Source: Candidatus Saccharimonadota bacterium (lineage in GTDB: Bacteria; Patescibacteriota; Saccharimonadia; Saccharimonadales; Saccharimonadaceae). From it: a DNA stretch of 32,000 nucleotides. The position numbers were made by a program, and so were the translations under genes. The notes below the pieces were generated by a model that saw nothing but the letters and a program-made list of their open reading frames with translations, did not search any database and had not been told where the DNA came from. Shown here in pieces: positions 1 to 8,740 of this stretch; position 1 is the stretch's first letter; the number at the start of each line of letters is the position of its first letter. The stretch is from NCBI GenBank assembly GCA_049296095.1, contig JBAQRV010000001.1, forward strand, positions 300,001 to 332,000. Reading direction: 5' to 3'.

Positions 1-1
1 A

Positions 2-1906
2 GTCCAAGCCCAACAAGCCCGTCAAATCCTTGACCGCCTGGTTGGTTTTGAACTCTCGCCAGTGGTCTGGCAAAAGGTACCTGGTGGTAAATCTGCCGGA
101 CGTGTCCAATCGCCAGCCGTCCGCCTTCTCGTCGAACGTGAACGTGAAATCGACGCCTTTGAAGGCTCATTCCAGTTTAAGATTACCGCCGAATTCGAAC
201 ACGACGGCCAGGCCGTCAAAGCTGAACTTCCAAAGAAATTTGATACCGAAGAGGAAGCGACTAAGTTCCTTGACTCATTAAAAGACGCGACCTTCAGGGT
301 CAGCGACGTCACCACCAGCCCAGCCACTCGCAATCCAGGCGCACCATTCACCACCAGCACCCTCCAGCAGGAAGCTAACTCAAAGTTAGGCTTTGGGGCT
401 CGTGCAACCATGTCCAGCGCCCAGAAGCTCTATCAAGAAGGTAAGATCACCTATATGCGTACCGACTCGGTCAACTTGAGCGGGCAGGCAATCGCTGCGG
501 CTAAAGACTTTATTACCAGCAAGTTTGGACCAGAATATTCTCAAGTTCGACAATTCAAAACGAAATCATCCAGCGCACAGGAAGCCCACGAAGCGATTCG
601 CCCAACCGACATGTCTCTCGAAAAGGGAAGTGGTAGTGAATATGACCAAAAGATCTATAACCTGATTCGTACTCGAGCTCTCGCCAGCCAAATGGCACCA
701 GCAAAACTCGAACGCACCACTGTGACAATCGATATCAGCACTGCGAAAGAAACATTCGAGGCCAAAGGAGAAGTAATTATCTTCCCTGGATTCCTCAAAG
801 TCTACGGCGCCAGCAAGAAGGATCCAGAAATCCTCCCAGCTATGAAAGCAAACGACGAATTGGCCCTCCGCGAGGCCAGCGCCCGCCAAACCTTTGCCCG
901 TCCGCCAGCCCGCTACACTGAAGGTAGCCTGGTCAAGAAACTCGAAGAGCTCGGTATTGGCCGTCCTTCAACCTATGCGACTATTATTGGCACGATTCAA
1001 GCGCGCGACTATGCAGTCAAGGGTGACGGTGAAGGTAAGGAGCGTGACGTTATTACCTTAACTATCCACCCTCACCAAGAGGTAGCAAGAGAAATTGTCC
1101 AAGAAAAAACCGGCTCAGACAAAGGCAAACTCGTCCCAACCGCTATTGGCCACATGATTAGCGATTTCTTAACTGACCACTTTGAACCAGTTGTTGATTA
1201 TGGCTTTACCGCCTCAGTCGAAGAGGACTTTGACAAAATCGCCACTGGCGCCCTGGCTCGCAACGTCATGCTCGAAAAATTCTACGAACCATTTCACAAA
1301 CTCGTCGAAGGATCGGGTGGTATCGACCGCTCAACCGTCGCTAAATCAACCGAAATTGGTATTGATCCTAAATCTGGCAAGCCAATCTCAGCTCGCTTCG
1401 GCCGTTTTGGACCAATGTTGCAATTGGGTGATCCTGAAAATAAGGAAGAGAAACTGCAATTCGCCCCAATGCCAGCCGGTGCACGTATTGAAACGGTTAC
1501 TCTTGAACAAGCCCTGAAAGCCTTCGAGCTTCCTCGCGTGGTTGGTACTACCGAGGACGGCAAAGAAATCAAAGCCAATATTGGTCGTTTTGGACCGTAT
1601 ATCCAGGTCGATAAACTCTTTGTTAGTATTAAACCGCTCGATCCACACACCATCACCGAGAAGGAAGCTCTCGATCTCTATGCTGCAAAATTAAAATCTG
1701 AAGCAGAGAAGAACATCTCTGATTTCGGCGACGGCATCAAAGTCCTTAATGGCCGCTACGGCCCATACATCACTGACGGCAAAAAGAATGCCAAGATCCC
1801 AAAGGACCAAAAGCCAGAAGAAATTACCCATGACGAAGCGAAAAAACTCTTAGCTGAAGCTCCCGCTACCAAGAAACGCTCATTCACACGCCGAAAAAAA
1901 GCGTAA
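2..1906 (+). CDS. topA: DNA topoisomerase I (type IA), 5'-truncated by the window edge
   Basis: The frame is open from base 2 (VQAQQARQILDRLVGFELSPVVWQKV...), so the listed Met at 62 is internal. Type IA core motifs are present (ITYMRTDS, GRPSTYA). There are three C-terminal GRFGPY-type repeats (ARFGRFGPMLQLG, NIGRFGPYIQVD, LNGRYGPYITDG) and a Lys/Arg tail. Stop TAA at 1904-1906. Confidence 0.95.
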   Translation, partial: VQAQQARQILDRLVGFELSPVVWQKVPGGKSAGRVQSPAVRLLVEREREIDAFEGSFQFKITAEFEHDGQAVKAELPKKFDTEEEATKFLDSLKDATFRVSDVTTSPATRNPGAPFTTSTLQQEANSKLGFGARATMSSAQKLYQEGKITYMRTDSVNLSGQAIAAAKDFITSKFGPEYSQVRQFKTKSSSAQEAHEAIRPTDMSLEKGSGSEYDQKIYNLIRTRALASQMAPAKLERTTVTIDISTAKETFEAKGEVIIFPGFLKVYGASKKDPEILPAMKANDELALREASARQTFARPPARYTEGSLVKKLEELGIGRPSTYATIIGTIQARDYAVKGDGEGKERDVITLTIHPHQEVAREIVQEKTGSDKGKLVPTAIGHMISDFLTDHFEPVVDYGFTASVEEDFDKIATGALARNVMLEKFYEPFHKLVEGSGGIDRSTVAKSTEIGIDPKSGKPISARFGRFGPMLQLGDPENKEEKLQFAPMPAGARIETVTLEQALKAFELPRVVGTTEDGKEIKANIGRFGPYIQVDKLFVSIKPLDPHTITEKEALDLYAAKLKSEAEKNISDFGDGIKVLNGRYGPYITDGKKNAKIPKDQKPEEITHDEAKKLLAEAPATKKRSFTRRKKA

Positions 1907-1947
1907 AGTTTCATAATTAGTTAATCATTTAATGTTTAACTAGGTAT

Positions 1948-2205
1948 ATGGACGAGAAGCAATTCACCGAACTCAAACAATTCTTCACCTCAACGTTAAG
2001 GGAGTCCTTGAGTGAGCAAAGCAATAGACTGCTCACCGAAATGAATCGTCGATTTGAAGAAAATGATGAAAAACTAGACATGATTCTCAACGAGATCCTT
2101 AATGCCATTGGCCATCGCTTCAATGAACAGGATGCGATAATCGGCGGTCAATCATTAACTCTTACGAACCATGAGAATCGCATTCTCCATCTCGAGAGTA
2201 ATTGA
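1948..2205 (+). CDS. hypothetical small protein (85 aa, predicted coiled coil)
   Basis: Intact ORF in an otherwise unoccupied gap, with codon-like periodicity and heptad-like charged/hydrophobic spacing. The SD is weak (AGGT 4 nt upstream of the ATG). I recognise no family. Confidence 0.4.
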   Translation: MDEKQFTELKQFFTSTLRESLSEQSNRLLTEMNRRFEENDEKLDMILNEILNAIGHRFNEQDAIIGGQSLTLTNHENRILHLESN

Positions 2206-2230
2206 CATTTTCATGTGTTAGTGCTATAAT
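2202..2230 (+). promoter_or_regulatory. sigma-70-type promoter, TTGACA-17 nt-TATAAT with TGn extended -10
   Basis: TTGACA at 2202-2207, 17-nt spacer, TATAAT at 2225-2230 preceded by TGC. It lies about 67 nt upstream of the GTG at 2297. Confidence 0.7.
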
Positions 2231-2296
2231 ATAGGGAACTCACCACAGAGTTACTACGAGAAATCGTCGTTCCCTCATAATTTAAGGAGTGCACTA

Positions 2297-2827
2297 GTGA
2301 TTGTTGTGACAGCCCATTTTGGGCCAGCGTTCAACGATAGTATCGCCACCTTCAAGCAGTACAGTAGCGAGATTCTATCCCTAGTCCTAAGGGACGGAAA
2401 GCGAAGATTCCGCGCTAACGAGATCGCCTATGTTTCCCGCAAGGCGAAGTCGCGCTCGCAGACCATCGACGTCTACATGCAGGTTGATGTCCGAGTCCGC
2501 CTAACCATGGATGAACGCCTTGCCCTGCAAGATACGCTCAACGACTGTTTGCGCGCCATGTTCCCCGAACTACGTATTAACGTCGAACTCGGTATCCATC
2601 TGGAGTTCGTCGGTCCTCACAGGGCACGACGCTGGACAGGGAACAACATCCCTGTGCTCGAGATCATTGAACACCTCCGCGAAGACTTGGCTCTGAACGA
2701 GGCGATCGAAGGACGATCGGAACGTTTGCAGGCGCTGGAGAGCAAGAGTAGGGAGCGAGTCATCGCTAACCTCATCAAGCTCAACAAGCCTGAAGCCATC
2801 CCTGACTTCGTGGTCACCAAGCAGTAG
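2297..2827 (+). CDS. hypothetical protein (176 aa), no recognisable family
   Basis: GTG start preceded by AAGGAG (2284-2289) at 7-nt spacing. It has its own consensus promoter upstream and a hairpin terminator downstream. Confidence 0.6.
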   Translation: MIVVTAHFGPAFNDSIATFKQYSSEILSLVLRDGKRRFRANEIAYVSRKAKSRSQTIDVYMQVDVRVRLTMDERLALQDTLNDCLRAMFPELRINVELGIHLEFVGPHRARRWTGNNIPVLEIIEHLREDLALNEAIEGRSERLQALESKSRERVIANLIKLNKPEAIPDFVVTKQ

Positions 2828-2844
2828 CACTCCAATATGGGATG

Positions 2845-2890
2845 AACCCGCGTCGCCCCGGCCACAAGCCGGATCAGCACGCGGGTTTTC
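2845..2890 (+). terminator. putative intrinsic terminator
   Basis: 9-bp stem AACCCGCGT (2845-2853) / ACGCGGGTT (2879-2887) with a 25-nt loop that itself contains CCGGC...GCCGG. Followed by TTTTCCATTT. Confidence 0.55.
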
Positions 2891-2917
2891 CATTTACAGG
2901 GGTCGCACACCACATCC

Positions 2918-2926
2918 TGTGGATAA
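2918..2926 (-). promoter_or_regulatory. perfect DnaA-box 9-mer (TTATCCACA on the - strand)
   Basis: The + strand reads TGTGGATAA at 2918-2926. The extended form on the - strand is TAGTTATCCACA. It is intergenic, about 70 bp upstream of the -35 at 2997. Confidence 0.5.
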
Positions 2927-2996
2927 CTAAAGCCCCACAACACTATCTATAGCGGATGTCTACTTTATGCTATAATGAATTAACAATATAAAATGT

Positions 2997-3025
2997 TTGA
3001 CATTAGTAACAGAATCTTGTATAAT
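2997..3025 (+). promoter_or_regulatory. sigma-70-type promoter, TTGACA-17 nt-TATAAT
   Basis: TTGACA at 2997-3002, 17-nt spacer, TATAAT at 3020-3025. It lies upstream of the 3060/3087 start. Confidence 0.7.
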
Positions 3026-3086
3026 GATAAGCATATTTGTATAGCAAGTAACTCCTGAGGTGGCCGGGAAAGAAAGACAGAGAATA

Positions 3087-4136
3087 ATGAGCGACTCAAG
3101 CGAAACAAAGCAGCCAATCGATCTTAAAGCAGGTGTCACAGACATCCTGTCTCTCATCGACCAAGAACGCGAACGCGAGATTATTACGCGTCGATTCGGT
3201 CTCTATGACCGCCGTGAAACCCTTGAACAAATCGGTGAGCTTCTTGGCATCACTCGCGAACGTGTTCGTCAGCTCGAAAAGGCGATCCTAATCCGCCTGA
3301 AAATAGCTGCCGAAGATGGCAAGACTGAAGTTGTCTCTAACCTTGAAAAAGTCTTTGTCCGCACCCTGAGCGAGATGGGACGCGTCGCTCGTATCCAAGA
3401 TTTGGCTGACATCCTTTATGGCAAGCCAACCAACGCCCAAGAGCGTGCCCACGTTGCTTTCATTGCCGCTCTCGCTCCTGGTCTGACAGTTATCGACGAA
3501 AATGACAACTATTACCTCGGTGTTGGTATTGCTGAATATGGTGATGAAAAGAAGATCCGCGCTCGTATCGACGAGATCGTCAAAACGATCAAAGAGAACG
3601 GCGAACCAATGACTCTCGACCAACTCCATGACAAGCTCAGCTACGAGCACCCAAGTCACGTCAGTGCGCTTGCTAGCCTCAGCAAACAACTTGCTCACCT
3701 GAAAGATTCATGGGGGCTCACTAAATGGCCAACCGTCAACCCAAAGAACATCCGCGACAAGATCTACGTTATCCTCGCCGAGAACAAGAAACCATTACAC
3801 TTCTCAGATATCGCTAAAGCTATCAAAGACAGCTCATTCAAGCGTAAAGACGTCACTACCCAGGCGATTCACAACGAACTTATTAAAGACAAGCGCTTCG
3901 TCCTCATTGGCCGCGGTATCTACGCCCTCGACAACTGGGGTTACAGCAAGGGAACCGTCTCTGATATTATCGCAAAAGTCTTAAAAGACGCTAAAGAACC
4001 GCTGCACCGCGACGAAATCGTCAAACGTGTTCTCAAGAGCCGCCAGGTAAAGGAAACGACCATCTTGCTCAACCTCCAGAGCAAGCCTCAGTTCAAGCGC
4101 GTTGCCAAAGCGACGTACACGCTCGAACAAGTCTAA
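3087..4136 (+). CDS. sigma-70 region-4-like HTH protein with two C-terminal HARE-HTH-like winged-helix modules (not a complete sigma factor)
   Basis: ETLEQIGELLGITRERVRQLEKAILIRLK matches the sigma-70 region 4.2 HTH, and no region 2/3 motifs are seen. The C-terminal segments KIYVILAENKKPLHFSDIAKAI...RFVLIGRGIYALDNWGY and VSDIIAKVLKDAKEPLHRDEIVKRV...ATYTL resemble the RpoE-delta/HARE-HTH fold. The start is ambiguous: ATG 3087 or GTG 3060. Confidence 0.7.
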   Translation: MSDSSETKQPIDLKAGVTDILSLIDQEREREIITRRFGLYDRRETLEQIGELLGITRERVRQLEKAILIRLKIAAEDGKTEVVSNLEKVFVRTLSEMGRVARIQDLADILYGKPTNAQERAHVAFIAALAPGLTVIDENDNYYLGVGIAEYGDEKKIRARIDEIVKTIKENGEPMTLDQLHDKLSYEHPSHVSALASLSKQLAHLKDSWGLTKWPTVNPKNIRDKIYVILAENKKPLHFSDIAKAIKDSSFKRKDVTTQAIHNELIKDKRFVLIGRGIYALDNWGYSKGTVSDIIAKVLKDAKEPLHRDEIVKRVLKSRQVKETTILLNLQSKPQFKRVAKATYTLEQV

Positions 4137-4153
4137 TCTCACCAGGAGCCAAT

Positions 4154-4840
4154 ATGCCCATACTCACTGAAACCTACCCAGACTACCGTGAGATCAATAC
4201 GCCTTGGGACCCCCAGCCAATTGCATGGCGTTCTGAAGAAAATGACAGCGATTCTACGATAAGCGTTCACCGTAATGACCTCGAACGTATCGATAGTAGC
4301 TCTTCACTTGATGCTCAGGTGAAGAATCCTGCACTTACACACCTCGTTCGCGAGGTGCTTGTTGCGACCCGTCGAGGCGTTATTGGGTTAGAAATGGACC
4401 CAGACGATGTTCAAAGTGACCTCACACTGGTTGATGACCAGTTTAGACAACTAGAAGAGTTGGCTGGCTTTCGAGTTGCTCCAACTGAATGGCACGTCTT
4501 TAAGGATAGACGAGGCCTTACGCGCACACTTGCACGTGTCGCGATTATTGATGGCAACAATAGGCCATTACCTGACGTCAGAAGTTTTGAGGATCTTGCG
4601 CGAATACCAAATCTTTCACCCGAAGACTATGAACTTGCATTCAACTACCTCACAGGGGTCGATAGTTACTTTAACGGTGTTCGAGGAAACCCACTAGGTG
4701 ACATCGACCATCCACGCCAGTACAAGTTCGGCGCACCACGATATTCAGGTAGTGAAGATGCGATATACCTTGTCGACATCGAACCAGACCTTGAGCCAGA
4801 TATCCCATACACTGATTTATATTTTAATGATAAGGCCTGA
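4154..4840 (+). CDS. hypothetical protein (228 aa), acidic, no recognisable family
   Basis: ATG preceded by AGGAG (5-nt spacing), 17 nt after the upstream stop, so it is likely co-transcribed. Confidence 0.6.
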   Translation: MPILTETYPDYREINTPWDPQPIAWRSEENDSDSTISVHRNDLERIDSSSSLDAQVKNPALTHLVREVLVATRRGVIGLEMDPDDVQSDLTLVDDQFRQLEELAGFRVAPTEWHVFKDRRGLTRTLARVAIIDGNNRPLPDVRSFEDLARIPNLSPEDYELAFNYLTGVDSYFNGVRGNPLGDIDHPRQYKFGAPRYSGSEDAIYLVDIEPDLEPDIPYTDLYFNDKA

Positions 4841-4890
4841 GACGAAGATTGCTAATCTACCTCTGAAATGAGAGAATATACATAGACATC

Positions 4891-7506
4891 ATGAGTATCA
4901 TAGGCGACGTTATTAACTTCTTATTACAATGGTATGTTTGGCTGCCTGTTGTTTTGTTGCTCGGATTTCTCACTTGGCGCAATTACCGCAAGGTAGAAGC
5001 CGTCACTGACGTTGAAAGCAATCTCCTCATCCTCGAGATCCCAAAGACCAACGACAAGCAAGAACTGGCCGCCGAACAGCTCTTTGCCAGCCTCCACGGT
5101 ATCCTCCGCGATCGTCATGAGCTAAAGGCCAATGCTGGCATTCAAGAACATCTCAGCTTCGAAATCGCCTCAGTTAATGGCCAAATCCGCTTCTACGCCT
5201 GGGTACCAAAGACTCTCCGCAGCTTCGTCGAGAGCCAAATCTATTCCCAATATCCAACTGTCCAAATCTACGAAGCCGAAGAGGACTACGTCGCTCACGA
5301 ACGCGACCATAGCGTCGTTTACACCTCTGAAATCGTCATGACCGACAATGAAGTCCTGCCGATCAAGACTTTCCAAAACTTCGAAGTTGACCCGCTGGCC
5401 GGTATTACCGGGACGTTGGCCAAACTCGAAACTAGTGGTGAAGAGGTCTGGGTGCAGATACTCGTTAAACCTATCGCTGACGATTGGCACAAAAACTCAG
5501 AACGCTGGATCTCAGGCGTCAAAGGCGGCAAATCAAGCGCCGCCAAGGGTGGTTTTGGTTTTCTCGGTGGCATTCTCGAAGCTCTCTGGAAACCACCTGA
5601 AGAGTCAGCCAAAGAGGCTGCGAAGCCTAAGGAACTGTCCGATCGCGACAAAACTCGTATCGCTGAAGCTGAAAAGAAGGCTACCAAGCTTGGCTACCAA
5701 GTAAAAATCCGCCTGGCCTATCTAGGGGAGAGTAGTACCAGCGCCCGCCAGCGCATGCAGGCAATTGTTGGTACCTTCAAGCAATATAACAGCACAAACT
5801 TAAATGGCTTTAAAGTCGCCAGCGCTTCTTTCAAAAAAGAAGATCTGGCCAAATACCGCCAGCGCACTTTTGGGCGCGGTGCTTTCATTTTAAATATCGA
5901 GGAGCTGGCCTCAGTCTTCCACTTGCCGCACACCAACGTCGAAACGCCGAATATCGTTTGGGCGAGCTCAAAAACAGCCGAACCACCAGCCAAACTACCG
6001 ATCATTACTGGCAACCAGGCTATCGACGAGAACATTAGTGCTTTCGGCCTAACGAACTTCCGTGGTATCAACCACCAATTCGGCATGCTCCGCTCTGACC
6101 GCTCTCGTCACGTCTACATCATTGGACAGACCGGTGCTGGTAAATCAGGTACCCTGGAGCTCTTTGCGCTCAGCGACATCTTCCACGGCCAAGGCTATGC
6201 CATTATTGACCCGCATGGGGACTTTGCTGTTGATAACATGCGCTACATCCCTGGTAGTCGTATGCAAGAGGTCGTCTACTTCAACCCAGCCGACACCGCC
6301 TATCCACTGGGCTTCAACCCACTTGAGGTGTTCGATCCAAGCCAAAAAACCAACGTCAGCTCCGAGGTTATTGGCGTGCTAAAGCGTATGTTCGGCGAAA
6401 GCTGGGGGCCACGTCTCGAATACATCCTCCGATACACCATTCTAGCCCTGCTTGACCGTCCAAGCACCACCATGCTCGACATTACCCGCATGCTGACCGA
6501 CAAAAAATTCCGCAAAGAAACACTTGATTACTGTACCGATACCGTCGTGCTGCAGTTCTGGAACGTCGAGTTTGCCAGCTGGAACGAGAAGTTCCAATCT
6601 GAAGCTATCGCCCCAGTCCTCAACAAGGTCGGTGCCTTTACCGCCAACCCAGTTATCCGTAACATCATTGGCCAACCAAAATCAACCTTCAATATCCGCC
6701 AGATCATGGACGAGGGTCGTATCCTCATCGTCAACCTCTCTAAAGGTCTGATCGGTGAAGACAATGCTGCCATCCTTGGTGCTTTCATGGTCACCAAGAT
6801 CCAACTGGCCGCTATGAGCCGCTCAGACATTCCAAACATTGCCGATCGTCGTCCGTTCTACCTCTACGTCGACGAATTCCAGAACTTCGCGACAGATTCA
6901 TTTGCAACCATCCTGTCCGAGGCTCGTAAATACGGTCTCAACCTGACCGTGGCTAACCAGTACATCTCACAGATGACCGATACTGTTCGTGACGCTGTTT
7001 TTGGTAACGTCGGTACTATGATTTCATTCCGTGTCTCTGCCGACGACGCACCGATCCTATCAAAGCAATTCGAGCCGCAATTCGAACCAAACGACCTCCT
7101 GCAGATGCACAACCGAAACTTCGTGATCAACATGGTCATCAACGGTGAGAAGGCCCCAGCCTTCAGTGCTCGCACGCTCGAGCTCCCTCCAGAACAGATC
7201 GATAACACCGCCCTCATCATCGAGAACACCCGCCGTCTCTACAGCCGAAATAGATCAGAAATAGAACAAGAAATCAGTGAAGCAATCAAGGTTCCGCAAA
7301 ATCTCCAGCCAAAAGCTCAGCAGCAACCACAGTCCCAAGCGCAAGCCAAACAGTGGCCAATCGAAGCAGGGGCGAAAGCAGTAGAGCAGGTGATTCCAGC
7401 ACCATTCGGCTCAGCAGAGCAGGGGAGTGTAGATCCCGACGCACCAGTAAAGAAGAAGCGCAAGCGGACGCGGAAGCGAAAGCCAGCAGCGTTGCAAGGT
7501 GAGTAA
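4891..7506 (+). CDS. membrane-anchored VirD4/TraD/TraG-like (type IV coupling protein-like) P-loop ATPase
   Basis: N-terminal TM segment (WYVWLPVVLLLGFLTW), Walker A (IIGQTGAGKSGT), Walker B (FYLYVDEFQNF), and ARKYGLNLTVANQYISQM typical of the T4CP/TraG-D_C region. About 370 aa of uncharacterised N-terminal domain. Disordered Q/P-rich C-terminus ending in KKKRKRTRKRK. Confidence 0.75.
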   Translation: MSIIGDVINFLLQWYVWLPVVLLLGFLTWRNYRKVEAVTDVESNLLILEIPKTNDKQELAAEQLFASLHGILRDRHELKANAGIQEHLSFEIASVNGQIRFYAWVPKTLRSFVESQIYSQYPTVQIYEAEEDYVAHERDHSVVYTSEIVMTDNEVLPIKTFQNFEVDPLAGITGTLAKLETSGEEVWVQILVKPIADDWHKNSERWISGVKGGKSSAAKGGFGFLGGILEALWKPPEESAKEAAKPKELSDRDKTRIAEAEKKATKLGYQVKIRLAYLGESSTSARQRMQAIVGTFKQYNSTNLNGFKVASASFKKEDLAKYRQRTFGRGAFILNIEELASVFHLPHTNVETPNIVWASSKTAEPPAKLPIITGNQAIDENISAFGLTNFRGINHQFGMLRSDRSRHVYIIGQTGAGKSGTLELFALSDIFHGQGYAIIDPHGDFAVDNMRYIPGSRMQEVVYFNPADTAYPLGFNPLEVFDPSQKTNVSSEVIGVLKRMFGESWGPRLEYILRYTILALLDRPSTTMLDITRMLTDKKFRKETLDYCTDTVVLQFWNVEFASWNEKFQSEAIAPVLNKVGAFTANPVIRNIIGQPKSTFNIRQIMDEGRILIVNLSKGLIGEDNAAILGAFMVTKIQLAAMSRSDIPNIADRRPFYLYVDEFQNFATDSFATILSEARKYGLNLTVANQYISQMTDTVRDAVFGNVGTMISFRVSADDAPILSKQFEPQFEPNDLLQMHNRNFVINMVINGEKAPAFSARTLELPPEQIDNTALIIENTRRLYSRNRSEIEQEISEAIKVPQNLQPKAQQQPQSQAQAKQWPIEAGAKAVEQVIPAPFGSAEQGSVDPDAPVKKKRKRTRKRKPAALQGE

Positions 7507-7507
7507 T

Positions 7508-8155
7508 ATGAATATTAATTATTTTGAATCAAAATATTGGGATACTGCTGCGGAGAAGGGGCTTGATAAGGAAGCTGTCAGGCAAGTGATCGACACCGCA
7601 ACTAATGAAGCAGCTTCACATCTTCCAGCTCTTTCCCCTTACCTAAATATTAGTGTTATCCCTGATGCAGATGAAACAATCCCCGAAACAGGTGAAGGTG
7701 GATATACATGGAGTGATGAGCGTGTAGCTATTTATTTTGATCCCGATGTACCGTATGGAACAGAGTCACTCAAAAACCATCTACGCTCAACGGTCTTTCA
7801 TGAACTCAATCATGCAGCTCGTGCTATACATATTCCTTATACCCGGCAACCTATTGAGGCACTAGTGGCCGAGGGTCTCGCTACAAATTTTGAACGATTA
7901 TATACAAAATCAAATCCACTATGGGGGCAATACGAGGATGACAAAACCATGCAAACATGGCTGAAAGAAGTTCTTGCACTCGAAGAAGGCGTTCGTCACA
8001 CCGACTATTTGTATGATCATCCCGATGGACGCAAATGGATTATATACAAAACAGGAACGTGGTTAGTCGACCGTGTACTAAAAGAGTCAAACCACAGCAT
8101 ACAGGACCTAACAATCATGCCAGCGCAGTCATTAGTTAACCTGATAAACGACTAG
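7508..8155 (+). CDS. DUF2268-like predicted Zn-dependent peptidase (HExxH)
   Basis: FHELNHAAR (HExxH) plus a downstream VAEGLATNFE glutamate, a gluzincin-like arrangement as in DUF2268. ATG 7508 sits right after the upstream stop (7504-7506), and the listed GTG 7499 would overlap it. Hand counts give about 33-48% GC per 60 nt, against about 50% in the neighbours. Confidence 0.6.
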   Translation: MNINYFESKYWDTAAEKGLDKEAVRQVIDTATNEAASHLPALSPYLNISVIPDADETIPETGEGGYTWSDERVAIYFDPDVPYGTESLKNHLRSTVFHELNHAARAIHIPYTRQPIEALVAEGLATNFERLYTKSNPLWGQYEDDKTMQTWLKEVLALEEGVRHTDYLYDHPDGRKWIIYKTGTWLVDRVLKESNHSIQDLTIMPAQSLVNLIND

Positions 8156-8175
8156 TTATTTTGAAAATTGAACAC

Positions 8176-8193
8176 GAACAAATTTAGAACATT
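8176..8193 (+). repeat. left copy of an 18-nt imperfect direct repeat (GAACAAATTTAGAACATT)
   Basis: 16 of 18 nt identical to 8723-8740 (GAACAAAAATAGAACATT). The two copies bracket the AT-rich non-coding gap. Confidence 0.35.
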
Positions 8194-8585
8194 AGACATA
8201 TAGGTTTATATAAACATTAAACACACAAGTCACGCACCGTACCAAAAAGACCATGATAGACCCAGGCAGGTAAGTGCATACAAACAAAACACAAAATAGC
8301 AGGACAAACCAGCGCGGAGAAAGAGCATGAGTGATCACAAACAGAACATAGACTTAACGTCGCCCAATATTTCTTTTACGACACATTCCATATACACAAT
8401 AGATGAGTATGTATACCTTCACTATACCCCTAGTAGAGGAGTGGTTTCGACATAGTACTGGTTATTCATACTTTTATGTACATACGAGTCATACTTTTAT
8501 ATGTTGCTTGGCACTCTCATTGCTAAGCCCTTTATATACATTAACCACGTTGTTGTATTTAATGTCGCATTTGTTATGCGCCTAG

Positions 8586-8594
8586 TTATCCACA
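8586..8594 (+). promoter_or_regulatory. perfect DnaA-box 9-mer TTATCCACA
   Basis: TAGTTATCCACA at 8583-8594, inside the AT-rich gap. It is 5 nt downstream of the palindrome CGCAT-TTGTT-ATGCG (8566-8580). Confidence 0.5.
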
Positions 8595-8722
8595 CCCGAC
8601 CAGTCATATTTGCTTTTTCCGTGAAAAGATTTTCTTCCCCCTATTCTCCTCTCCTACCCCATTGTTTGACGTATATGTATTTGTATATTTTTATATAGTT
8701 TTTTTTGGTACATAATTGTATA

Positions 8723-8740
8723 GAACAAAAATAGAACATT
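8723..8740 (+). repeat. right copy of the 18-nt imperfect direct repeat
   Basis: See 8176-8193. Confidence 0.35.

Noticed and set aside
2297-2827. Calling 2297-2827 and 26339-26989 horizontally acquired high-GC islands
   Set aside because: My hand counts give about 50-60% GC per 60 nt, against about 50-52% in the neighbours. This difference is too small and too roughly measured to support an HGT call without computed statistics.
2942-2960. Shared motif CATCCGCTATA(AT)AGATAG on the - strand at 2942-2960 and 21221-21241
   Set aside because: It is only an 11-nt exact core plus 5 more nt after a 2-nt indel. By rough estimate, 11-mer repeats are expected many times by chance in 32 kb, and the motif largely coincides with a -10-like TATA element.
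8534-8580. Possible dif/XerCD site: the reverse strand has TAATGTATAT (8534-8543), identical to the centre of E. coli dif, and GGCGCATAA...ATTAAAT around the 8566-8580 palindrome
   Set aside because: Neither candidate reconstitutes both 11-nt Xer arms around a 6-nt spacer. The XerD-arm match is at best 7 of 11, and partial matches are expected in AT-rich DNA. This needs a proper dif profile scan.
8403-8698. ORFs 8403-8585 (60 aa) and 8501-8698 (65 aa) in the AT-rich gap
   Set aside because: They are low-complexity, aromatic/Leu/Cys-rich translations of T-rich DNA. They have no SD and no codon periodicity, and they mutually overlap.
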